Source of the DNA: Nitrospirota bacterium
Lineage (GTDB): Bacteria > Nitrospirota > UBA9217
DNA: 64,000 nt
Assembly: GCA_963754875.1 (NCBI GenBank)
Contig: CAVWHO010000015.1
Coordinates: forward strand, 32,001-96,000
Reading direction: 5' to 3'
The translations under genes were made by a program, and so were the position numbers. Below are positions 28,101 to 34,216 of the stretch, piece after piece. The first letter of the stretch is position 1. Each line of letters starts with the position of its first letter. The notes beneath the pieces are model-generated. The model saw nothing but the letters and a program-made list of their open reading frames with translations. It made no database searches and was not told the origin of the DNA.

Positions 28101-30220
28101 CAAGAAGATATCGTCGGCCGCTGCTGCAGAAGTGGACTGCCATCGGCAGGGCGTCCGAGTTAAAGAAAAAATTGACCGCAAGAGATGCAATCGAGCGCGC
28201 GAATAAGCTATTCGAAAAAGGTCAGGACAATGATGCGGTGACTGAAATTATGAAGGGGATTTCTCATTCCCCCGAGGAAGCGACTCTCTTTTATTTTCTT
28301 GCTGGAATGTTGATTGAGGCAAAGCGTTACCCGGACGCCCTCGATGCGCTTAAGGGCCTGCCTGAAGCGGCCCAGCGCAACAGAAAAGGTCTTGAGTTGA
28401 CCGGCTATGCCCAAGAGGGTATGGGTCGAGATGTTGAGGCCGAGGCGACGGCCGATCTACTCCTAGCTCTCTATGCGGAATCCGCAGCAGCAATGAATCT
28501 TAAGGGGGTACTTTCCTATAAGCGAGGAGATAAAGACGGCGCTGCTGTTTTCTTTCAACGGGCCAGAGCGCTGGACCCGGGCTATGGCGAGCCATTAATC
28601 AATCTCGGCATTTTGCATTGGGCCGCGGACCAACGGAGTGAAGCCGTGCAGCTCCTGGAAAAGGGATTTATTCTGTCCCCCCTGGCCCAAGATAATGTAT
28701 CCGCATATTATAATGCCGTGTCCGCCCTACAAGACTGGGACAGGGCCGCGCTGGTCTTCAAGGAGGCTGCGTCTCTCCATCCTTGGAACAGGAGACTCGC
28801 TTTTTTCCTCATAGAGCTCCTGCTCCAGCAGGGCGATCTCAAGGAGGCAGCGCGGGAGATTGAGGACGGAATAATTGCATTCGGCAATGGCGACGGGCTA
28901 CTGGATTCTGCCCTTGAGATCCGCGCGAAAGTCGGTCCGAAGCAAATCGACAGAGCCATTCGGAAAAAAGGAACGTTATCGGTCTGCATGATCGTCAAGA
29001 ATGAAGAACAGCACATGGCGCGTTGTCTGAGGAGTCTTGGACCGGTAGCGGATGAAATGATCGTCGTGGACACGGGGTCGACAGACAGGACAAAGGACAT
29101 AGCCCGCGCCTTTGGGGCAAAGGTTTATGATTTTGCCTGGACAAACGATTTTTCAGCGGCGAGAAACTTTTCTTTAGAGAAGGCGAGTGGGGATTGGGTC
29201 CTCGTCTACGATGCCGATGAGGTGTTGTCTCCCCTTGATTATTCCAATTTGTTCGACATCCTGCGAGCGGGGACGAAGCATAAGGCGGCGTATTCCCTGG
29301 TAACCCGGAACTATACCATGAACACCCCCCAGGGCTGGACCGCAAATAAAGGGCAATATCCCAAGGAAGAGGCTGGCAGCGGGTGGATGCCCACAGCCAA
29401 GGTGCGGCTTTTCGTGAATGACCCTCGTGTTCGTTTCGAAGGACCAGTTCATGAGGTGGTCGAACACTCACTGCTCAGAGCGGGCATACCGGTCAAAGCA
29501 TGCGCCGTCCCGGTCCATCATTACGGCAGGCTCAATGTGGAAAAGACCGCGGCCAAGGCGGAGGAGTACTATGTCCTGGGGAAGAAGAAGCTGGAAGAAA
29601 AAGGGGGCAGCCACCGCGCGCTTCGGGAACTCGCGATCCAGGCTGGTGAGCTCGGGAAATATGAAGAAGCGATCGAGCTATGGAAGCGGCTTATCGCTCA
29701 AGGCGCAAGGGGCGAAGATCTGACTCTCGCCCAATTCAATATGGGAAGTTATTACTTTGTTCTCGAGAACTATGAGGATGCCCTTGCGATGTCGAAAAAA
29801 GTTTTGGAACTCGACCCTACGATGAAAGAGAACATCATCGTCTATGCCTGCAGCGAGCTTTGCGTCGGCGACGTGAAAATGGCGATCCCGGCCCTCAAGA
29901 AAATCCCTGACGAGGGCGCGGACTATCCGCAGGCGATTGCCGCGCTTATGATAGCGCACCTATTGAACGGCGACAGAGACGACGGAATTGCCTGCATACG
30001 CAAGCTCCACGGCATCCAGGTAAACGTTCCTGAATATTTATATACTTTTGCAACGTATTTGATAAAAGCGGACAGAATCGAGTATGCGGTCATCCTGCTT
30101 GAAGCGGCGATCGAAACCGGCAATCTTCATCAAGATACCCATGCTCTCCTTGCGAAGTGTCGGCGCAGACTGGGTGCCGGTGATGCTTCAGCGCGCATGG
30201 TCATGCGACAGCATTCTTAA
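19190..30220 (+). CDS. Giant (~3,676 aa) multidomain glycosylation protein: SGNH - SAM methyltransferase - TPR - GT10 - sugar O-methyltransferase - GT-A - (GT2-TPR-GT2-TPR)x2
   Basis: RBS AAGGAAGG before ATG 19190; IGDS...FGEIDCR...DSIH; IETGT...WLDGH; SLCFEN...GYITEKI; IELGGGFG...IIDLPE; SKDRAMQL...MVDDNIF; SIIILNYNG...FLDNDT; SLCMIVKNEE...DADE and SVCMIVKNEE...DADE; multiple TPR blocks; uninterrupted ORF. Confidence 0.9.
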   Translation: MIHCIGDSPVYVFTGVDTIGGNDILLDFKTYRLGPHTAYNAITKWDIIESFLKNSVKPSDSVMFCFGEIDCRVHLQKQSELQKRPLEDVVSECVQRYFAVFEKAKHYGHQLLAWNVPASSLNNVGYGEYSTYGNCKQRNEVISLFNKHLKRLCEKNGVIFISIFDKLVDDDGLTNPLYYMDSIHLSQRAMPLIQEVLRNHGIRLSPLQRDEGRQLDYLTTLAKSGTALEFRNIKSSAGSLRPQILQFLSRTFGLETFIETGTFMGDTTFIASDIFKTVHTIELSPELHQKAVKRFENRSHVHVHHGDSSSIFPEILGQNNQNVLFWLDGHYSEGITAKGDENTPIIQELKAIKNAQTKNAVILIDDLRMFDTTWDHIPLDSAARGYPMATSLCAAIQEIDPSYEFAVLGDVFMAYPKRDQQVISQVVAACTISRLYDGSNYELQEVLKAEAVIGAAQNEELSFLQCLYVHLIGSEEYGFGQHYRLWAALTQAANKKYDRACKELLIAINLGCEHWRVNWYLANDAYEAGFYSLADKSLEKAEQASPDFQEAIHLKQKIARDLSERRQENSFTRQDHLEIAVHLQRAGRTQAARDELQAILSGNASDKDVLYEYASCLIEAKQQEAASEQLQDILKRDPSYANAQNSLGVIAYQQGHLDKAMEYFGMALSQENLNHQALQNALILSKQLGISNEALCMLRDILVKFPNDSTLANIAQRFIDDQKNAKNRENTNYAANEQLSSMKKGNKSAAATGKPETGSSAAAASGITSGSDSPHSKTFIINMVYEHLSQQQMHTKHADSISIIWSAVPLEGCDVYAYVNASSFRGRIGGIQVLLMLEPVVVLPGEYSEVVWRNFDYVFTMCDALVGTHPRFVKIQYPRADWIVPAASTENLDGRRNNYPTESRANAICMINGNKHSFIESELYSKRMEAALWFHLHSDIPFEVYGRPPFALPNYRGALSPENKLPTLSHFRYSLCFENTNHREYSAGYITEKILDCLETRTIPIYLGAVNIEHYVPKECFIDMREFKSYSQLDANLRSMTSGEYLRFIDKIDDWVSRGGLRPYSIHRVYDKLASLLAGTALALEWQNGLVFNHATKQWHPVISPALWTWNDLANADPPVSVLPPRRAGQDSNDLTRQEKAHQLIDEFAEFKADAEENMKSNAASFYKTLLSVWPIHNIPQQQNVFVHPVWQKQLTALGELITQGLPENFLLHPICREMFVRIGWNKQQEHELSYIDQLSSKLRKKIYSLKESPIGSIPLDCKKLPLSVNTLGMIWYFARIHELLAKSPATVIELGGGFGSLARVFKSLGNPALTYTIIDLPEMLALQYFYLSATLGRDAVEAHVKPDERVVPGKINLFPVYGIEALNLSADLFVSTFALSETPRFMQEHVCGIKNFFNAPFVYITGQNVTERSELGWQPPQTIVQQARDSRQKVVVNRFHIGDNYELIASQLVHAGLNHPGTAARSLGARDGGNVVREDTQTTATPAQPNAKTVGLTVSKDRAMQLEATVRSFFKHCKDADQLRLKVLYTTSSNFHEAQYQQLKHEYPAVDFVRETSFKKDFLAVLSDFQYVLFMVDDNIFVRDFSLVHVTQSLGNNPDAIGFSLRLGKNTNYCYMLNRAQAVPPFQLLDYNMLKFNWTTGECDFGYPLELSSSLYRTASILPLLHQLDFKNPNTLEAALDLNKHRFAAGNQHLLCYATSVAFCNPINKVQTVYNNKSGVDTSYSPSLLAKLYSQGSRIDLVPFENFEPNSCHQEMNFRFATPSEEHAAAATGDRSAQSLVSIIILNYNGLEHIRPCLESIQRNTPERHEIIVVDNASTDGSKEELRSRRDITLVENQTNIGCPPARAQALTLATGDYVVFLDNDTIVTPRWLTTFLEHAKANPLIGIMGPRSNYVSGSQLVPNVPYKDIPGLEAFSLQLAAEHRDQLTRTRRLVGFCMFVRREVIDKIGNIDESFGKFGFEDDDYTWRAHIAGFTAVIANDVFIHHTGGPQGRGNQQYNQLLLQAWTVFRNKWELPANLAYGSPFDLSTILTRPFDPRKHYLPLVARSDIKAIVREASDRSRAAEKPSVASVAAKAIKKARELQEKDRLEDSIAALMDGIAQAPADKALYLSLAEILIEAKRYQDALDALNSLPEEGKNDIVALALRGYCHDGLGLFAEAHADADRVLARQPNSAMALNLKGVLAYKQGDRDGAERFFAAAVAAGPGYGEAYANLGVLKWSADRKEDGLPLLEKGFILSPTASELVSLYHTAIVSEGLFARAEKFFQEAKALHPNNKRIAFLLIDLLNKQEKHDLAMREIEQAMIRFGIDDGILAAALDVRGKVGPHHMIPSGKTEKTLSLCMIVKNEEHCLANCLANAKPIVHEMIVVDTGSNDRTKHIAHAFGAKVLDFEWTEDFSKARNFSLSKASGRWVLVLDADEVISPSDFAAVREIVDTADPSRTAYKIMTRNYSNEATEQGWRQNRGEYPDEEAATGWFPSEKVRIFVNDERIRFEAPVHELVEGSLQKAAIAIKPCTISVHHYGRLDAKKRATKGETYYLLGKKKMDEQGGDLKALLELGIQAGELGKYDEAVQLFKKLVDADPKYSKALFYLGYTYMVLGRHHDALPYCKEAYALDPGDREAAVKYAQCEIAVGDIALAVSLLEDMVRRSPDSIVAESQLAVAYCVIGESGKGIAILDRLREKNVDTASFVRDQAGILRSAGRVEDARRLLAVAVQANHASAKTQKLFEEGKTEDREKETIARPMTTKGLTSIIIAVQEGQEHVKQCIEALERNTPEEHEIVMVTSGANSVEIERLKRYSKKRRNYRVLDAGGAAGYAAYLNKGIAETSGEFIVLLSPKTLATENWLSGLRECIDSPSPAGVGIVGPMTNDKAGIQKVPRIDYEPHEGLEGFARDFRERNRHRRVSAKYVAGFCMLLRRDLVEKVGLFDENLGNSNSEDEDYCLRAALAGFKTIIAGDVFIHRGDEEDTRRYRRPLLQKWTAIGRASELKKKLTARDAIERANKLFEKGQDNDAVTEIMKGISHSPEEATLFYFLAGMLIEAKRYPDALDALKGLPEAAQRNRKGLELTGYAQEGMGRDVEAEATADLLLALYAESAAAMNLKGVLSYKRGDKDGAAVFFQRARALDPGYGEPLINLGILHWAADQRSEAVQLLEKGFILSPLAQDNVSAYYNAVSALQDWDRAALVFKEAASLHPWNRRLAFFLIELLLQQGDLKEAAREIEDGIIAFGNGDGLLDSALEIRAKVGPKQIDRAIRKKGTLSVCMIVKNEEQHMARCLRSLGPVADEMIVVDTGSTDRTKDIARAFGAKVYDFAWTNDFSAARNFSLEKASGDWVLVYDADEVLSPLDYSNLFDILRAGTKHKAAYSLVTRNYTMNTPQGWTANKGQYPKEEAGSGWMPTAKVRLFVNDPRVRFEGPVHEVVEHSLLRAGIPVKACAVPVHHYGRLNVEKTAAKAEEYYVLGKKKLEEKGGSHRALRELAIQAGELGKYEEAIELWKRLIAQGARGEDLTLAQFNMGSYYFVLENYEDALAMSKKVLELDPTMKENIIVYACSELCVGDVKMAIPALKKIPDEGADYPQAIAALMIAHLLNGDRDDGIACIRKLHGIQVNVPEYLYTFATYLIKADRIEYAVILLEAAIETGNLHQDTHALLAKCRRRLGAGDASARMVMRQHS

Positions 30221-30594
30221 ATTGCCGATCCCCGTAGACCTGCAGCAAGATTCAAATTTATATTGATGAGAATATTGAGCTTCTCGGATTCGGGATCAGC
30301 CATGACATCGAGAATTTGTTTGTCGATAAAAAGACTTAACGTTAAAATGTCTTTTCTGATCTGCAGCGGGAGCGGGTTGTCCTGCCGGGCAAGCTCTGAC
30401 TGAATGATGGTCCATATCTGCTGATTGAGACGCAATGCATCACTAAGCCTCTGGAAATGCCCTTCCTCTGCCCACCTGGCCTGGCAATCCTGAAGCTTCA
30501 TCGCCGCATTATTGAGGGCTGCTGCTTCGATGTCCCGTCCGGACATGGTTGATTTTTGAACATTCTTATAAACCTGCATTTGCGTTGCGTACAC
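30217..30594 (-). CDS. flaF: Flagellar biosynthesis regulator FlaF
   Basis: GTG start after AGGAGG; R.IEAAAL, AL..NQ.IW, DNPLP..IR..IL.LS.FI, LININ.N.AAGL. Confidence 0.9.
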   Translation of the reverse strand: MYATQMQVYKNVQKSTMSGRDIEAAALNNAAMKLQDCQARWAEEGHFQRLSDALRLNQQIWTIIQSELARQDNPLPLQIRKDILTLSLFIDKQILDVMADPESEKLNILININLNLAAGLRGSAI

Positions 30595-30973
30595 GATTAA
30601 TAACCTCCTGCTCATATTCGATGAGCTTTCGAGCGGCCTTCATGGCCTGGTAATACTCATTCTGTAAGATATGCTGACTGATGAGAGCAATTAAACCCCT
30701 GGTACTTGGAGCGGCCTCTAATACTTCTTTTACCAATTGCCAGTACACCTTATGGTGTTTGGCCAGATGGCTTTCATCGACGTACATGAGTTGAATGGCA
30801 AAGTATATGCGGCGACACGGTGAATCCGCTTCCTTTGCACTCAGAATATCCTTCTCGCGAAGAATGGGAACGTTATTTTCTACAAGAAAATCGCTCCGGC
30901 TTTTCCCGTTCGTGATGACTGCCCCGCCGATAATCAGGCGTTCGTGCGGTTTTAAAACGATTTTTAGAGCCAT
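30566..30973 (-). CDS. flbT: Flagellin translational regulator FlbT
   Basis: MALKI.LKP.ER.IIGGAV, ILREKDI, A.SPCRRIYF.IQLMY, YYQA.K..R.LI.YE. Confidence 0.92.
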   Translation of the reverse strand: MALKIVLKPHERLIIGGAVITNGKSRSDFLVENNVPILREKDILSAKEADSPCRRIYFAIQLMYVDESHLAKHHKVYWQLVKEVLEAAPSTRGLIALISQHILQNEYYQAMKAARKLIEYEQEVINRVRNANAGL

Positions 30974-31011
30974 AATAGTCTCGATCCCGTAAAAGCCGGA
31001 GTATTATATCC

Positions 31012-31473
31012 TTATACTTTTACATTAATGATGGTTCCGCTCTGGACATGGTCCGCTTTCTGCGTCAGTTGTGGACTGATCGCGTCTTTGTACTGCTTAA
31101 GGTCCACGAGTGCGGCAGCAACTTCCTGGTCCGTAGACTGGTCCGTCAGCTTGGTGGCCGTCAGCGTATCCTTCTGTGCAGGAGCGAGAGGTGACTTCTT
31201 TATCTCATCCTGAACTCCTTTGATCCCTTTGATCAAATCCAGGCGCTGCGGGCTTCCGATGGGGAAAAAGGGAGGAAAGCTGAACATGATCGTTTCCAGC
31301 TGGTCTTTAATATAATTGGTGTCGGCCAGATTGGTCAGCACTTGAGCGGTGGCCCCAGAAGACCTGGCGGCGTCTGAAGAACGATTCTGGACGGCGGCTG
31401 ATGTGCCGTTTTTCTTCGCCGTGCCTGCACCATCGGCCGACGCTGTTTGAAGGTTTATGCCGGTGACATCCAT
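31012..31473 (-). CDS. Hypothetical protein between flagellin and flbT
   Basis: RBS GAGGAG; low-complexity N-terminus, FPPFFP motif, C-terminal GTIINVKV. Confidence 0.7.
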   Translation of the reverse strand: MDVTGINLQTASADGAGTAKKNGTSAAVQNRSSDAARSSGATAQVLTNLADTNYIKDQLETIMFSFPPFFPIGSPQRLDLIKGIKGVQDEIKKSPLAPAQKDTLTATKLTDQSTDQEVAAALVDLKQYKDAISPQLTQKADHVQSGTIINVKV

Positions 31474-31504
31474 GACTCTCTCCTCTGGATTGGATAGATT
31501 TTAG

Positions 31505-31534
31505 AAAAAGACGGGAGGAGTTTCACCTCCCGCC
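31505..31534 (-). terminator. Intrinsic terminator after flagellin
   Basis: GGCGGGAGG-tgaaact-CCTCCCGTC followed by TTTTT on the minus strand. Confidence 0.75.
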
Positions 31535-31553
31535 TCGATCCGTAATCCTAACG

Positions 31554-33104
31554 CTAGGCGAACAGCCTCAGGACCGACTGTGCTGCCTGTGAAGAGAGTG
31601 ACAATGCTGTCGTACCAAGAGACTGACGAGTTTGCAGCATCAGCATGTTGGCGCCTTCCTGGTTCGTATCAGCCAGCGTCAGGTTGTCCGAGCCCGTGGT
31701 GAGAACATTGGTCAGTTGTGTCGAAAAATCCTGACGTGTCTGGATGATGCTGAGGTTGTTGGACATTGATCCTGAATCGTTCTGCAAGGTCGTCAGAGCA
31801 TCATTCAGTTTGTTGATGTCCTTTGTCACCGCATCGTTACTCACCCACCCGTTCTGCGCCTCCGACAGCCCGAGTCCGCTGCTGGTAGCATCGAAGCCCT
31901 GCACGTTGAGGGAATGCCCCCCTCCGAAGTTCACGACGAGCGCGCTTGGTGACGCGGTGGTCAGGAGGTTAACACCCTGGAACGAGGAGTCCGCTGCCAT
32001 AGTGTCGATCTGGCTCAGCATGGATTTATACTGATCTACCAGACCCTGCAACTTTGAATTAGAGCCGCTGCCTGCAGGGATAACCGTGCCTTGAATGGAC
32101 TGAGACGAAATAATATCCGTGTTGGCGATGTTTGTTCCACCGGTGGTGGTGAGTGCTTTAATGTTCAAGGTGTTACCGCTCACTGAAGCAACCTGGAACG
32201 GGCCGATGGTGCTGCTCACAGTCGTATCTTTCCCGATTGAAGCTGCAAGGTTACTGGCGACCTGCGAGTTAGAATATAAGTGGCTGTCGTCTATTCCAAT
32301 GCTGAACTTGTCCGCAGCTGCCGTTCCGGTGACCGCTGTAAACGTGGTGCTGCCGATCATAACCGTATCGCCAACCTTAACATTGTTAAGGGTGAGCATT
32401 TCGGTCGCGAAGGAATTACCTACTCCGTTGCCTTTGACTATCGACACGTTCAGATCACTCGACGCCGTAATATCGGTGTTAGCGATGCTTGTTCCACCCG
32501 TGGTGACGAGCCCTTTAATGGTCAGGGTGTTGCCGTTCACTGAATCAACCTGGAATGGACCGATGGTGCTGCTCACCGTCGCGTCTGCCGAGATTGACGC
32601 AGCAAGGTTATTGGCAACCTGCGCGCTGGTATACAAGGTGCTATCGTTAGTACCAATGCTGAACTGGTCCGCAGCTGCTGTTCCCGTGACCGCCGTAAAC
32701 GTGGTCTTGCCGAGGGTAATTGTATCACCCACCTTTATAGTGTTAAGAGTAACTGCAGCGGTATCGTATTGGCTGCCTGACGACCCCGTTGAACCGAGAC
32801 CGGTGGCTGACTGGGCCAAAGCTTTGGCGGCGTTAATCAGGGTGGTAATGGACGAGATGCCCTGGTTCGCGGCCTGGATCGTCTGGATTCCATTGGACAT
32901 GCCGTCTTTGTAGCCGGCGAGGTCCGCAGCGCGGTTGTTAAGCGCCTGAGCTGCGAAGAAGTTGACCGGATTGTCCAGCGCGCTGTTGACCGCCTTGCCG
33001 GTGGAAAGACGTTGCTGGGTTCTGTTTAGAAGAGTTACGGTTGACTGAAGACTTACGAGGTTTGCCCTCATTCCTGATGTTAATGAGATATCATTGATAG
33101 CCAT
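31554..33104 (-). CDS. fliC: Flagellin with tandem-duplicated variable domain
   Basis: N-terminal RLSTGKAVNSALDNP; DSSFQGVNLL; C-terminal LADTNQEGANML.LQTRQ.L...ALSL..QA.QSVLRLF. Confidence 0.95.
   Translation of the reverse strand: MAINDISLTSGMRANLVSLQSTVTLLNRTQQRLSTGKAVNSALDNPVNFFAAQALNNRAADLAGYKDGMSNGIQTIQAANQGISSITTLINAAKALAQSATGLGSTGSSGSQYDTAAVTLNTIKVGDTITLGKTTFTAVTGTAAADQFSIGTNDSTLYTSAQVANNLAASISADATVSSTIGPFQVDSVNGNTLTIKGLVTTGGTSIANTDITASSDLNVSIVKGNGVGNSFATEMLTLNNVKVGDTVMIGSTTFTAVTGTAAADKFSIGIDDSHLYSNSQVASNLAASIGKDTTVSSTIGPFQVASVSGNTLNIKALTTTGGTNIANTDIISSQSIQGTVIPAGSGSNSKLQGLVDQYKSMLSQIDTMAADSSFQGVNLLTTASPSALVVNFGGGHSLNVQGFDATSSGLGLSEAQNGWVSNDAVTKDINKLNDALTTLQNDSGSMSNNLSIIQTRQDFSTQLTNVLTTGSDNLTLADTNQEGANMLMLQTRQSLGTTALSLSSQAAQSVLRLFA
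32100..32768 (-). repeat. Intragenic tandem repeat in flagellin, period 357 nt (119 aa)
   Basis: KVGDT...TTFTAVTGTAAAD.FSIG...QVA.NLAASI..D.TVSSTIGPFQV...TTGGT.IANTDI occurs twice; CGATGGTGCTGCTCAC at 32204 and 32561. Confidence 0.9.
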
Positions 33105-33232
33105 GGTATTACTCCTTTTTCTAAGGGTTAAATTTTTCCGGCATTCTTGCCGGCACTTGAAGGTTTCGGGTTGGCCTTTTTTTGCTTCACTCCTCCTTCC
33201 TGACCTGTTTGCCTTCTGCCTTCTTGACAGTC

Positions 33233-33259
33233 TTATCGGCCGAAGGTTAAAAAACTTTA
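33233..33259 (-). promoter_or_regulatory. sigma28 promoter of flagellin
   Basis: Minus strand TAAAGTTT-N11-GCCGATAA, exact consensus. Confidence 0.9.
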
Positions 33260-33322
33260 ATGAAGCCTTAATCCACTGGGCGAAAACCTCTTTTTATCAG
33301 TCCGTTTTTCGACTCCCTGGAC

Positions 33323-33349
33323 TAAAGTTTCGGCCAATTCTGACGATAA
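33323..33349 (+). promoter_or_regulatory. Divergent sigma28 promoter for the signalling/stator operon
   Basis: TAAAGTTT-N11-GACGATAA (one mismatch). Confidence 0.75.
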
Positions 33350-33400
33350 GAAGTACAGAGGTACGACCAGATGGCTCTGTCGGGCGCAGGAGGATGAAAC

Positions 33401-33598
33401 ATGACGGCCTTCCCATTTCAGATAAATGAGGTACATCACCTCTACAACAGGCTCTCGAAGCTCAAGCCGTCCACGATCCTCGAAAAAGACCAGGTCGAGC
33501 CTCAGGACGTTGTCCAAATCTCGGCAGAGGCGAAGAAGCGGCAGGTCCTCGACCAGGCAAGGTCCGAGGTAATGGAGCAAATACGGAAGACGCGATAG
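33401..33598 (+). CDS. Small flagellar-regulon protein (resembles DVU0524-type FlgM-associated proteins)
   Basis: RBS AGGAGG; FQI..V...Y and D.V.IS.EAK..Q motifs; directly behind a sigma28 promoter. Confidence 0.6.
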   Translation: MTAFPFQINEVHHLYNRLSKLKPSTILEKDQVEPQDVVQISAEAKKRQVLDQARSEVMEQIRKTR

Positions 33599-33607
33599 CA
33601 AGGATGG

Positions 33608-34216
33608 ATGAAGGCCGTGGAGAAAAAAAACTTCAGGATACTCGTCGCAGACGACGACGATATAGTACGTGATGTAATTACGACACTCCTTTTGAGGGAC
33701 GGGTTCTCTGTGACCTCGGCGAGTGATGGCCTCGAGGCAATCAATTTACTCAGGACTGAAGATGTCCATCTGGTCATTAGCGACCTGATGATGCCGGGTG
33801 TCGATGGTATCGAGGTGCTCAAGTTTGCCGTCCGGAGCAATCCTGACATCGCCGTCGTCATTCTTACGGCGTATGGGACCCTGGACACGACCCTTGAAGC
33901 CATCCGGGCGGGGGCCTATGATTATCTCACCAAACCGTTCAAAGCCCAGGAAATATCCATTCTTGCCGAGCGCGCCTTTCAGCGTTCACTGCTGATCTAC
34001 GACAACCGGGAACTGAAGAAGAACCTGCGCGATACTTACCGTGACCTGGGGCTGCTCAAAAACATCGTGGCAAGCAACAACCCGGAAGTGACGTCCGGCT
34101 GGCTTGAACGGATTGAAAAACTGAAAATCATGAACGTGCTTCTGGCGCAGGAAGCGGACGTGCTGAAAGAAAGGCTGGTCAAGGGATATGCACAGGAGCA
34201 AGATATTAATCGTTGA
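33608..34216 (+). CDS. Response regulator receiver with short helical C-terminus
   Basis: ILVADDD, SDLMMP, LTAYG, GAYDYLTKPF. Confidence 0.88.
   Translation: MKAVEKKNFRILVADDDDIVRDVITTLLLRDGFSVTSASDGLEAINLLRTEDVHLVISDLMMPGVDGIEVLKFAVRSNPDIAVVILTAYGTLDTTLEAIRAGAYDYLTKPFKAQEISILAERAFQRSLLIYDNRELKKNLRDTYRDLGLLKNIVASNNPEVTSGWLERIEKLKIMNVLLAQEADVLKERLVKGYAQEQDINR

Noticed and set aside
33171..33186. sigma54-like TTGGC...TTGCT near flagellin
   Set aside because: GG to GC spacing is 9 rather than 10, and it is on the wrong strand for flagellin
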